A DNA stretch of 63,678 bases, filler included, from Lenisia limosa (taxonomy: Eukaryota > Protista > Breviatea): NCBI GenBank assembly GCA_001655205.1. It is 10 parts of 10 records of this genome, joined end to end, with 100 filler letters (N's around TTAATTAATTAA, not from the genome) between each part and the next. Parts side by side here need not be neighbours in the genome. Positions count along the whole stretch, not along the records: positions 36,091 to 45,787 come from LPNZ01004152.1; positions 45,888 to 47,920 come from LPNZ01000867.1; positions 48,021 to 50,070 come from LPNZ01002305.1; positions 50,171 to 54,477 come from LPNZ01008233.1; 6 more parts are not named here. One strand, 5' to 3'. This document shows, one piece after another, positions 39,333 to 51,416 of this stretch. A model generated the notes under the pieces. That model was not told the DNA's origin. It made no database searches and saw nothing but the letters and a program-made list of their open reading frames with translations. Made by a program: the position numbers and the translations under genes. How positions within the stretch are numbered: position 1 is the first letter of the stretch; each line of letters begins with the position of its first letter.

Positions 39333-41813
39333 ATGGAAGGAAAGCCAGGTTCCCCAGCCTTGATGTCTTCCTTGCCTCCTTCTGTCGTTCAAATACAGAG
39401 CACTAGAACACAATCCCCCTTGGCCGTGCGCCTTGCCGCTGCTGGTAGTTGGGGGAACGTATTGTCACAAATATCGAAATGACTTCTTTTGAAGCTACCC
39501 CAGTTCCCCATTTTGCCTCTTACCTCTCTCCCTCTCTACACAATAATATAGTTTTTACCCCTCAGCGCGTCCAGTGCCTGATTCTGCTGCAGTGGCTGAA
39601 GCCGATGTCTCGAGATGTATCAACGCTGAGAAACGTTGTGCACCAACATCATTCGTTCAGCCGGATAACAAGATCATTGAAATTGACGATATGGATCAAT
39701 GGGTGAGTGAACTGCGACTCTCCTTTTCTTTAATAACGATTATTAGAAATTGTCCCCAGCTTACATAATGACAATGAAGTTCATTCTTATGAGTTCTCAA
39801 TCGGTTGAAGGAATGTCAATATCTAAATGCCCCGAGAACTCTGATGTTAGTCCTTCTTTATTTGTTATTTCCAAGGCTATTGTCCAGTTTCAAGCCCTTT
39901 TGTCCCGTATTTTGGAAATAGTTGAGACAACTGAGTGTAAGCCGTGCACTGGAAGGTTCGGCAACGAGGGCTTCAGAGACTTCTTTGATACACTTCAATC
40001 TGTGGGCGGGGGTTATGCAATTGTAATAAGAGTGCAAACTAACCTTCTGTTAACTTCACTTTTATTTTCACCTCCGTTTTCATTTTTAATTGCGAGATAA
40101 AAATCTAGTCATTGTGTAAAATTCAAGACACTGGACATGAGAGTGATGGATTCTTATCATTTGTTCTCAAAAATACCGTGTTTTTCGATGTTTCCTAGGT
40201 AACTATCACTAAAAACATCAGTTTATGTTGTCCTTGTAATTTTTTTTGTTTGGAATCACTTGTCATTATTTGTGTCATCTTCCAGGAGGCAAGCTACTTA
40301 TTGAACCAATTTCTGGGTGAAGAGGTAAGGATTGTTTCTTCTCACAATCATTCACAAATATAGCTTCAAGAGGCAACTTGTGAGCTTCAGCATTATCTTA
40401 TTCACTCCTTCGGCAACAGTATGGATGGGTTAATGGTTGACATTTTAGGACAAAGAATTGACTATGGATCTGGTCATGAGTTCTTTTTTGCAGCTCTTTG
40501 TAAGCCATCATTTCTTGCTCACTTTCTGTAGTAACATCCCTTTGGATCCTGGGGGTCTTCCATGACACTGACATGCCAAGTTTGTCTAAATGATATCAGC
40601 TGAGTGTGACTCTGTAGACTTAGTGCTATCTGTGTTCAAGGACTACCTGAGGATCGTGCGGCTCATTCAATTGAAGTTCCGCTTGGAGCCCGCTGGCAGG
40701 TTTGTTGCCCACTGGTGTTTATATCCAGAGAAAGTAGCTATCTCGGTTTCCAGTTACCAATGTAGTCATGGCGTGTGGGGTCTCGACGATTTCCAATTTT
40801 TGCCGTTCCTTTGGGGCGCATCTCAGTTGAAAGGTGACATTGGGCAAGTGCATCTTACAATATGAATTATTTAGATTGATTGTTGTGATAAATGGCTTTT
40901 CACAAGTAATATATGATCATATCACATACTAAGATATATTAAATATGATATGTTGTATATACTTATAATAATTGCGGGGAGGCACGCAGAGCTGTGTGCA
41001 CAGAGTGGTAAGGCAAATGATTGGGTGAATTAATATTAATATATTATAATGAAATATCTTTTATAGGCGTGATAGTGTGGATTGAAACAACCTTGTTTTT
41101 TATTTCTCATTTCTCTATGTATATAGCTATATCATATATCATATATAGTACTTATAATAATATTATGAGACAGTGTCATCACCTACTGCCTTACAATATT
41201 GTCTTTTACCCAATTTAGCTCAGCGCATGTTGAAACCGAAGTGTATTCACGATGCTGAAATCGTGTCACACTATTCCAAGGACTACCTTTACCTGGCTGC
41301 TGTTGCCTTCATCAATCATGTGGGAAAGAATAGCTTAAAATTATTTTTCAATTATAATTATACTGTCCAAATATGTATGGATGAACAATTCACTCAGTCA
41401 ACAGCTATGCAATTTTAAATGATAATTTCAGGCCAAAACCGGCCCCTTTGCGGAACATTCTCCGATGCTCAATGATATTTCGGGAATTAAACTTGGGTGG
41501 CCCAAGGTGAGTAGTTGTAAACAGCATTTCGTTTTACCTCTACTAGATTAGAGTATTATATTCATTGTTATGTTTTTTTTGTTATCTACACAGTCTACCC
41601 CCCCCCCCCCNNNNNNNNNNNNNNNNNNNNNNNNNNNNNNNNNNNNNNNNNNNNNNNNNNNNNNNNNNNNNNNNNNNNNNNNNNNNNNNNNNNNNNNNNN
41701 NNNNNNNNNNNNNNNTTTACACTGGTCTTGTTAAGATGTACAGAGCCGAAGTTCTTGGTCGTTACCCTGTGATGCAGCACTTCTTGTTCGGAAACATTTT
41801 ACCATTTCAATAG
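39333..41813 (+). CDS. PTPA: PP2A activator (PTPA/Rrd)
   Basis: [16 protein letters not shown]|[18 protein letters not shown]|[60 protein letters not shown]; TAG 41811-41813. Confidence 0.93.
40975..41115 (+). repeat. Intronic repeat family D (about 150-170 bp, no TIR)
   Basis: GGGGAGGCACGCAGAGCTGTGTGCACAGAGTGGTAAGGCAAATGATTGGGTGAATTAATA...CAACCTTGTTTTTATTTCTCATT; copies near 121(-), 12636(+), 15957(-), 31188(+), 48021(+), 52120(+), 61377(-). Confidence 0.8.
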
Positions 41814-42582
41814 AATACCATTTTCAAGACATAGAGCGTTTCGAGAGGAGAGGTGCTCTTTTTCACAATCTTGTTACCTTCAGTAATTTACCTTTGTCCT
41901 GAGTCCGAACCTTTTCGCCATTCTGCCAATATCTGCCAATCCGTTTTCTCGCATTGCCACAATGTACATCACTCCAGCACGGGACATATTTTCCTGGTTA
42001 TCTCAATAAAACAAACCACAAGCAGAGGAAACGCCTTGTCTAACACTTCACGTCCCTTTTCTCCGCCAGCCCACGACCTGCTTATACCTCATTAGAATTA
42101 GAAAGCACCTTTCCCCAATAGCTCTTCTGGAGGCGAAGGGACATAAGGAGGATTGAAGAGAATGATATCAGCCTTAAAATGCTTGGCCAAACATGACGTC
42201 AAGTCGGCGTTGATAGAGTCAATGTGTTTGGCATGGTTGATTGCTGCTGTTTTGAGGGTGGCCTCACAGGCAAGCTCATTAATGTCAACTGTCATCGTTA
42301 CCACATTCCATTCATTTTCATGTAGAAGTTGCGATAAATAAGCTGAAATACAGCCGCTTCCAGGCCTAGAACACCATTAAAACAACAAACCACTCCCAAC
42401 CCAAGTTCAAGGATCAGAGTCGGTTTCAGCGACATGATGAACTCATACTCGTCCTACAATGTTATCTACTTCAAATAACCAACTGTCAGAGCATCAAGAA
42501 CAAGAAAAGTGTCTTCGGAAGGAGGGTAAACGTCTCCATCGTTGAAAACATGAGGAGAGATTGGAGTTGGCGGGGTGATCAT
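41807..42582 (-). CDS. N6AMT1: HemK2/N6AMT1 (eRF1 methyltransferase catalytic subunit)
   Basis: [20 protein letters not shown]|[56 protein letters not shown]; five introns of 21-35 nt restore the frame; TGA 41807-41809. Confidence 0.93.
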
Positions 42583-42876
42583 GCTGGGGGGATCGTGGTT
42601 GGCTCAAAATGTGGTCAATTCTCCTGATTTTTTGCTACAGCTTTAATACAGAACAATGGAGTTAGGCAGAGAGAGGAAAAGGACAAGTTCATTTTGCCAA
42701 GAGATATACAGGAACCCGGGTCTCCCCATATGGAATGTAAAGGTTTTTTTCGTGTTTTTTTTATTCTTTTTCGCCTATAGAACGACTAGTAACCCTATAA
42801 ACTCAGTAAATAGAGTTTAGGATTAAATCGGGGGTTTTGAATTTAGTGAAGGGTATATTTTTGTTTTTTAGCAACT

Positions 42877-45787
42877 ATGGAAGAGTATGATGAATTTGGA
42901 AACTACATCGGCCCCAGCAGTGATGAAGAAAGTTCTCAAGATGAAGGTATGTTCTCAACAGCTTGGTATTGCGTATTTTTTCTTCGTTTATTAATTTTAT
43001 GCTTCTAAATAGATTCCTGAACCAAATTTGATGTTCCTCTTTTTCACTTATTCTCTTCTTAGAAGTTGAGCAGCCCTGGGATGAGCCAGAAGAGGCCAGT
43101 GAAGAGGAAGGTAAGGATTACAGAATCAGCAGATGATTCTAATTTTCAGCAGCAGTCTTAGATGGCCAAATTGAGCCTGAAGAGCCAACAGAAAGTGCAA
43201 TTGTTCTTCATGAGGACAAAAAGTACTACCCTACTTCAGAGGAGGTGGGTGATCTATTCTGTACATGTTCTAACACAGCACCTTCTCACCCACTAGGTCT
43301 ACGGTGAAACTGTTGAGACGGTTTTACAAGAAGAAGACACCCAGCCTCTGGAAGTTCCCGTTATTACCCCCAAACGCGAGGTTCTTCATCACTGTGTTGA
43401 TCTGACTCCTCCCGAAACCACCTATGACAAAGAGTTTGTGCCCCATCTCTATGCTCATCTTTTAGCTACATGCTCAACGTGGCAACACAGCCCAACCGTG
43501 TGCGTACTTTGACCCTCGCTGGTCCCCTCCACAGTGGCAAGACCGCGCTTGTTGACATGCTCTGGCAAGAAACTCACCATGTTGACGTCCCCCTCAACAA
43601 AGAAATCCGCTACACCGACACCAGGCTCGATGAACAGGCCAGGAAGATCTCCCTCAAGTCCACTCCCTTCACAATGCTTCTTCCCGATATGAAGGACGTT
43701 CAGTTGGCGGGTGTTATTATCACTCTGTTATCGTTATCATCCTCTCTTTCTCCCTCATTTTGTCTGAATTGTATTGAATCCTCCTGACCCCCAAGCTACT
43801 GCCTCCATCTCCTTGACACCCCCGGCCACGTGAACTTCAGCGACGAGTTTGTCGCTTCCGCCGCCATGAGTGACGGTGTCATCCTTGTTGTCGACGCTGT
43901 CGAGGGCGTATGGGGGATGTGAATATTCCTAACAATCGTAAAGGGAACTATCTATCTTCTGCATGGCTGTCCTTATGCAATCAGGTCAACCCCAGCGTTG
44001 AGGCTATCATCCGCCACTGCTGCCTTAACGATTTGGAGCTGATCCTCTTCATCAACAAGGTCTGTTCAAAATAACCCACTTATTTTTTACTTTGATAAAT
44101 CAGCAATCACGTGGTCTTCTGATTTCATAGGTTGATCGTATTATTACCGAGCTCAAGTTTCCTCCTGCTGATGCCTATCATAAGCTGTAGGCCTATTGTC
44201 ATTGTTTGTAAAACAGTTCGTTCCCTATCCATAACTTCACACCTTTCCATTTCTGTGGCGAATTTATCAGCACATCTCTGTTCACATTTGGGGCTTCGCT
44301 CTTAATATCCTATTGACTATATAGTCACCACACAATCAACGACGTCAACGTTTGCCTCGAGCGTTACAGTCATGGAGAGAAGCGCTACGTTTCCCCTGTC
44401 CAGGGTTAGTGGCTTTTCTTGGCGCTAATGAGGTTGAATTTCTTTTTTAAAAACAAATCTTGGATTGTATGTTGAATGATGGCAAGTTAACTTTTTTTTT
44501 CTTTTTTTTTAATTCTGTCTCAAACTTTCTCTCATATTATCCTATTTGTATTCCTTACCTTCCCCCTAGGAACTGTCCTCTTCGGTTCTGCCCGCAGCGG
44601 CTGGATGTTCTCTCTCGCTTCATGGTGCGACATGCTTGCCGAGAAGCAGAAACGTAGGCGAGTTCTTCCGTTATTTTCCTCGATAATGGATAGCAAGATC
44701 CTTCCTTCTCACCCTACAGATGATGTTGATGTTGACTACCTCATTCCCCGCATGTGGGGCAATGTGTACTACCACGAGAAGGCTGAGAACAACCAGCGCT
44801 TCAAGAGACAGCCTGAGATGAGTGGAGACCCCAGGTTCGCCTCTGCGGGGGGGGGGGGTGCTTCATACATTCCAGAAAAATCATGCAGGGTTTATTCACG
44901 TCATTTTTTCAGAACCTTTGTTCAATTCGTCCTGACTCCTATTTACAAACTCTACTCCGCATGTGTTGGAGAACCGGAAAAGACCGTGGAGGTGAGGGCG
45001 AGGGGGACTGAATTTTGTTGGGACATTTCCGAAGTTTAACATTTATTTGGCATCGTGATTCAAATGATCACTTTGACATTGTAGAAAATGCTTGTGGAGC
45101 TTGGCATCCGTGTGCGCAATAAGACACTTGCTCTCGACAGTCTTCCCCTTATCAAAACGTGCTTCAACGCCTGGCTTGGTAGGAATCGCGGTTGTCTTCC
45201 CCCCCCCCCCTTTNNNNNNNNNNNNNNNNNNNNNNNNNNNNNNNNNNNNNNNNNNNNNNNNNNNNNNNNNNNNNNNNNNNNNNNNNNNNNAGGTATTCAA
45301 TTAGAAACACCATATCTCAACTTTATTTTGTGCCTTTTGAGAGAGTAAGAATCGAATGTCAAATTACTCTTTTACGAAAAAATAAAGACAAATATTAGTA
45401 ATGCAAACCGTTCTGCCAAAAAAGACAACAAACCTCAACGAATACCGAATCGACCCGATTGGCGCTTTGAGTTGAGTTACTTCGTTGGCTCATTTGGTAA
45501 AAGCATTTGTTTTCCGTACAAAAGAACCCGGTTCAATTCCGGGACGGTTCTCAAACTCAACTTGCACTCGCCGTTTCTCTTTTTTGACGGGCCCCGGACG
45601 CATTTTTTCTTCTTTTTTTTCGTTCTTTCTTTTTTTCGTTTGTTTTTATCCTTCAGGTAACCCCGGATGCCTTGTGTCAGCCTGTGTGAAGTTCATTCCT
45701 TCCCCCCTCAAATACGCTGCCACCAAGCTCAAGCGCGATTACACAGGTGGGACCACGGTTGCTAACAATCCCTCCTCCTCCTCCCTG
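42877..45787 (+). CDS. EFTUD2: U5 snRNP GTPase Snu114/EFTUD2 (N-terminal half, cut by spacer)
   Basis: [29 protein letters not shown]|[46 protein letters not shown]|[34 protein letters not shown]. Confidence 0.95.
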
Positions 45788-45887
45788 NNNNNNNNNNNNN
45801 NNNNNNNNNNNNNNNNNNNNNNNNNNNNNNNTTAATTAATTAANNNNNNNNNNNNNNNNNNNNNNNNNNNNNNNNNNNNNNNNNNNN

Positions 45888-47707
45888 TTACCAACTTGGC
45901 CTGTCAGCACCACTCGACAACGAGGAGGATATTTTGTCTACGGAGTTGCCGGAAAGTGACAAGACCGCCGTAAGCTGGAGCTCTTCGCCGACTTCTTCAG
46001 ATTATTGGGGTTTTGGAATTTTATCAAATTATTGGGGTTTAAATATTCAAATTACCCTCCTCCCTCCCCCTTTATTTTTCATTATCCTTGTTTTTCATGA
46101 TTAATACCCCCGCAGTCGGATATGTCACCAGAAGCTCCCGTTGCCCTTCGAGCATTCGACTCATCGGTATCCCTTCACTCCACCCGGCGCCCCCAGGAAA
46201 CTTCACAGTCCCCCCGGGTGCCTCCAAGGGTATCGCAGGATTTCAAATGTCAATACGGATGTTGTATATCAATTTGTGGAGGTTATATGAACAGTGACCG
46301 GAATAAGTCTTGAACGATTTGCGTGTGATTTCCCAAGGAAAAATCGGTTACGACTTGTTCATATTGGTCATTTTGCCTACTTTGAGTTAAAACACACCAC
46401 CTCTAATTTGATCAGCTGAATTCCGGGGACGCGGGTCCCTCAAAGTCCGAATCATCCTGCCATACTCTCTTCGAAGCTGGTGAAAAGATGATGTTGGTGG
46501 ATGATTGTTTTCAGTATGATTAGGGTTTCCCTACGGTGCCAAAATAGGCATAATTTTAATCAGATCAGTTTCGGATCAGATTAATAATATCGTCATAATC
46601 GGCCAGTCTGTTGCCCCATGTAATCGACATTAATTACAATCTAAGGAAATATCAAGTACATAGGGACACTAAAAACAAACCACCATAAGACTTTACCCTA
46701 CCTACCCATATTAGGCTAAAGAGAACGTGTAATACAGGCGTCTCTTTCAGTTCCTAAAAAGTCTGAAACATTGATCAACCCTCGGTAAATCCTCGATAAA
46801 TATCGATAAATATCGATAAATATCGATAGTTTACGTGCCTTTTGGAATTGAAAGTTAAGCTCTACTAATACCCCAGGAAATACACGCAATATTTCGCGTC
46901 ACGAGAGGTGGAGCTGAGTTTCCAAACATACGAGGCCGTTCTGGTTTCAACGTCAAGAGTGGGTTTGGGGCTTCTTTCTTTTGTTTTTGCTTTGTTTTTG
47001 TTTTTAAGGTATACATGTGACAGATATGGGATGACGCTAAAGTTTGAAATATTTCAAAAGCTCAGGAGGTTTCATCTCACCCCACCCCCCTAGTACATTC
47101 TTGGTGGATGTGCTACAGTCATCTTCACGTACAACTTTTTTGCTGACCAAAATACTTTTAGTAGGGGGGGGGGGGCTTCTATTTATTGGGCTTGTAACTT
47201 TAGTTCCTTAGGCTTGTGTCTTGAATTACGCCTATTTTTTCAGTGAGTCGCCATATTTACACCATTGTTGTCTTTATTATATAACTCCTCTTTGGTCAAA
47301 ATACTTGAGATAACCAGAATTAACGAAATTAAATTTTAAACGGTCGCATATCTGTTAATATTGGTTTCTTTGATAATGACGAATTCAGTTTACAATGTGA
47401 TTGGCTACCTCTTCTGCTCCTCTATGCTCGCTACCACCTACTTCAGCACCACAAACCCGAATGTGGGGGGGAGGTAAAATTGAACAATATTTTGAGGGGT
47501 GATTGCTCAAGCGACTGGCCTAGGCTTCTTTGTTTTTGTTGTTGTTTTTCAATCCTGGTGTTGGTTAAATTCCTCGCCTTTGATTTTTTTTTTTCACCCC
47601 TACTCCCCAGATCACTGTGAAATTGGACACAGTATTAGTTTCGTTCTTCACACTGGTCCCAGTGATTACATGCGTCAATTCACTCAGAAATCGCAATGAC
47701 GGCCAGG
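45888..47707 (+). CDS. Hypothetical membrane protein (partial, between spacers)
   Basis: In-phase GT-AG exons KYTQYFASREVELSFQTYEAVLVSTSR|YILGGCATVIFTYNFF...|IYNVIGYLFCSSMLATTYF...|ITVKLDTVLVSFFTLVPVITC. Confidence 0.45.
47463..47610 (+). repeat. 148-nt intron composed largely of family C sequence
   Basis: GTGGGGGGGAGGTAAAATTG...GCGACTGGCCTAGGC...TTTTCACCCCTACTCCCCAG. Confidence 0.65.
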
Positions 47708-48269
47708 TACGGCGGGTCAATGGATGATTCTTTTCGTTATAATGAGGACGGTGTCAGATTGTGTGTTATCGGTTCACATATGAATGATCATCCAATGATT
47801 CAAATACACATAGCGGGATGGGATGCGGTGCTGAAGAAGCGACTGGCCTGGGTTTGTTTTGTTGTTATCAACCCTCGTGTCAGAGTTGAATTAGGCTTTT
47901 GTGTCACCTAAATTTTTACTNNNNNNNNNNNNNNNNNNNNNNNNNNNNNNNNNNNNNNNNNNNNTTAATTAATTAANNNNNNNNNNNNNNNNNNNNNNNN
48001 NNNNNNNNNNNNNNNNNNNNATGATGAATTAATATAAAACGAGAATACAAGTGTGATTGTTTGGACGGCTTCGGCCGGAAGCAACCTTGTTTTTTCTCAC
48101 CTACTAGTACAAATCATAATTTCTGATTACATACTAGTACATAAGATTTTATATATATATATATATTTCTTTAGATTCCCACCTCCTTGAAGACGCTGAT
48201 TGAGAGGAGCGTCCAGTTGAGACTATCAAGAAAGCCAGTAACGGTATGAGGTTTGAGTATATCGATCAC

Positions 48270-49460
48270 AGAAAGCCAATAATTGTGTGCCACATACGTT
48301 GATACCAAGCCTTGAGGGTCTTTAAGAGCGTTGAAGTGAACAAATTATCAAGAGCAATGATGTGACCTTCAAGTAAGGGTCTTGACGAGTTTAAGGACGT
48401 GCTCGATGATCTTGGTACCGTCAGCTAGGTGGAAAGAGGTGTCAAAGACGTAACCGCCTTCTCCAGTGATGTCGTAAACCCGGACACCCGATGAAATCGG
48501 CTTCTTTTGACCGGTGATCAAATGAAATGAAAAATAACCAAGCGTAACATCAAAAAGAATCCCACAGCGAATACAAATATAATCACACTTAACCAACCTT
48601 GAATGTGACCTACTTGGACTTTGTAGCAATCATTTGTTCATCAATGGCAAGATGGCGTGGGGGGGGGGGGGNNNNNNNNNNNNNNNNNNNNNNNNNNNNN
48701 NNNNNNNNNNNNNNNNNNNNNNNNNNNNNNNNNNNNNNNNNNNNNNNNNNNNNTTATGGGATCGTCGGCAGACATCTCAGACCTGGCAGCGAAATAAAGC
48801 GCACGGTTTATCTCAAAAAATCGAGTCCGCGAGAAGATGGACGACAGGAATGGGCAATAGGTTGCCCAGTTGTCCTAGGATCAGATATCCTTGATGTTGG
48901 ACCGAGGGCAAACACCATTACCGATGACGAAGCCAAAGTAGCGCTTGATGTCGGAGGTGGAAATAAAAGAAATGTCAGCCAGAGACTCCTTAGTGTAGCG
49001 GTAGCTGGGTCACAGAGACTGATGGAGGTTAACAATACAAGAGATTTTGAAGAAAATAGAATAGATTATGCGGAAAAATGGAATGAATAACAATGCTTTT
49101 CAAAAACAGCCCCAAAAAACAACCCAGCATACTATTCTGAGTTCAGATTTGACCACGTTGACACCTTACTGAGAAGCGCCGTGGGCATCATGATGTGAAA
49201 GCCCAATAAATTAAGAAATTAAAAAATTGTAGGAACAAATAATAATAACAAACAAAAAGCAAACCTCAAGAGGGGAAGTCGTTGTGCAGATGGGTCCGGC
49301 ATGGTTAGAGTCGCTGAAAGGAATTTCTCCACGTGTGATCTCCTTTCTTCAAAGGAGATCTGTCATAATGAACACCAGTTACAGTCAGAATTGTATAGCT
49401 ACATCCCGAGTGTACCTCGTTGCTGATCTTCGCAGGACCGTATCTGTTGATGTTTAGCAT
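48270..49460 (-). pseudogene. Decayed piggyBac-like (DDE_Tnp_1_7-type) transposase with putative introns
   Basis: DIKRYFGFVIGNG, KDI*S*DNW...FSRTRFFEINRALYF, HLAIDEQMI, KKPISSGVRVYD, GHIIALDNLFTS; stops at 48881-83, 48875-77 and 48610-12, and a +1 frameshift near 48374. Confidence 0.8.
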
Positions 49461-50357
49461 AATGGTGATAATTACCTAAAGACATATGCAAAGACCTGTT
49501 AAACGTTGTCTTTGAAAGTAAATCAAAAGGTGGTAACACCGGGAACAGCATATGAGTTTTTTTTGAGTGTAGCGATTATTGTTAATTAATGATCAAAGAA
49601 TTTGGTACTTTGCATTTCACTACGATACAAAACAAAACCTTGAAAGCTTGCAATACCGTTTCCATTCATATCTGAATTGTTTTATCATCATTTCTGATAT
49701 AAACATTTTTATTATGTTGTAATTTTGCTTCTTTTTGTATTGTTTTTGCTATTTGAATTAATAATTACCATTATATCATTAGTATTAAATGCAATTATTC
49801 TTGCTATCTTTGTCCATTAAAGACCTATTACCAAGTTTGTTGACACCCCAGGTTGACACCCCAGCCCAATTCTCACCACTAGGGTTCAAGCCGAAGAAAA
49901 AACATGAGGTGGGGGGTGAGGGAATATATGAGGTGTGATTTCCTTATTGAACCATTGACACATATGTGATTACATGAATCATATGAAGTTCACCTTCAGT
50001 ATCAATTTATATCTTATACCACCCCCACCCCCTTGTACGCTGGAGTGAGGGATGCGGTGCTGCAGAAGCGNNNNNNNNNNNNNNNNNNNNNNNNNNNNNN
50101 NNNNNNNNNNNNNNTTAATTAATTAANNNNNNNNNNNNNNNNNNNNNNNNNNNNNNNNNNNNNNNNNNNNCATCCAAGGTAAAATTGGGTTACGTATTAT
50201 TAAACAAAACAAAATTTTCGAGGGATAGGGGGTGAGTAAAATTATGCGGAGTATGAAACAAAAGAGCCCAACATGTTGGCTCGCAAAACAAGAGGGTTAA
50301 ACACGCTATCAATACCCCTTCCCCACCGCAGTTGGTAACTAATTACCAATTTTGGAA

Positions 50358-50440
50358 CAAATAACATAATAATGAACCAAATAACATAATAATGAACCAA
50401 ATAACATAATAATGAACCAAATAACATAATAATAAACCAA
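50358..50440. repeat. Tandem repeat, 20-bp unit AAATAACATAATAATGAACC
   Basis: About four units. Confidence 0.85.
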
Positions 50441-50769
50441 GTAACCAAATACCCCCCCCCCCCCCCNNNNNNNNNNNNNNNNNNNNNNNNNNNNNNNNNN
50501 NNNNNNNNNNNNNNNNNNNNNNNNNNNNNNNNNNNNNNNNNNNNNNNNNNNNNNNNNNNNNNNNNNNNNNNNNNNNNNNNNNNNNNNNNNNNNNNNNNNN
50601 NNNNNNNNNNNNNNNNNNNNNNNNNNNNNNNNNNNNNNNNAATGGTGTTATTTTGTAATAATGTTAAAATGGTATGTAAAATGAACGGAAAAGAAAATGG
50701 TGGTAGATATCATGGTGGTAGAGATAATGGTGTTGAAAAAGGGGGTTATTTCGGTCATTGTAAAGAGTA

Positions 50770-50915
50770 CATCACCCATCATCCCACCTCCACTCTCTCC
50801 AAGAACCCGAGCGTATTTCCTATGTCCACAGAGTAACCATGGTTGGTCAATTGGCATGCATAGGTCTGTAGCACGCTACCGTCTTTGCCGATGCAGGAGT
50901 GATTGGAGTGCTGGG
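50770..50915 (-). CDS. Isolated exon of an unidentified gene
   Basis: Poly-C+AG acceptor followed by open frame HSNHSCIGKDGSVLQTYACQLTNHGYSVDIG; flanked by gaps. Confidence 0.3.
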
Positions 50916-51416
50916 GGGGGGGGGTAAAATTGGAAAATTTNNNNNNNNNNNNNNNNNNNNNNNNNNNNNNNNNNNNNNNNNNNNNNNNNNNNNNNNNNNN
51001 NNNNNNNNNNNNNNNNNNNNNNNNNNNNNNNNNNNNNNNNNNNNNNNNNNNNNNGAATATATAATAAATATATCATGAACAATAAGAGTGAAATGCAATT
51101 AAACAGTATCATTTGTTAATAAGTGTAAAAAATGCAGCAAGGTGAACAGAATCCGGTGATGTGGCATAGCGGCATCTAAACTAACACTCAGGACAAACAG
51201 TTGGTTCCAGAAAATGAAAAATGAAAAGTGAACGAGTCAACAGAACGACATATTGACATCATTAAACTAGATCATATGATGAATCCTTGAGAGTAAAATT
51301 GATAAAAAAATATATATGCTGTAAACAAGGCAAAAGATGCGTTCAAACAATCGAAAAAGGTTGGTTCATGATTATTATTGCCTTTTAATCCTTTTAGATT
51401 GGATACAAAATGTCTT

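Noticed and set aside
40995-41020. AGTGGTAAGGC in family D resembling a tRNA D-loop/A box
   Set aside because: No B box, cloverleaf or acceptor stem found; too short to support a tRNA origin
46870-47160. Faint resemblance of the membrane protein to P2X receptor N-terminus
   Set aside because: Key Y-x-T-x-K/R motif and extracellular cysteines not seen
48610-48883. In-frame TGA/TAG at positions that look like Trp/Gln in the transposase, suggesting a variant genetic code
   Set aside because: Neighbouring conserved genes end in TAA, TAG and TGA, and the same ORF also has a frameshift; decay is the simpler explanation
48610-48883. Possible RIP-like C-to-T hypermutation of the transposase
   Set aside because: Only three inferred changes, ancestral codons unknown, and the TGG-to-TGA change is not in a CpA context
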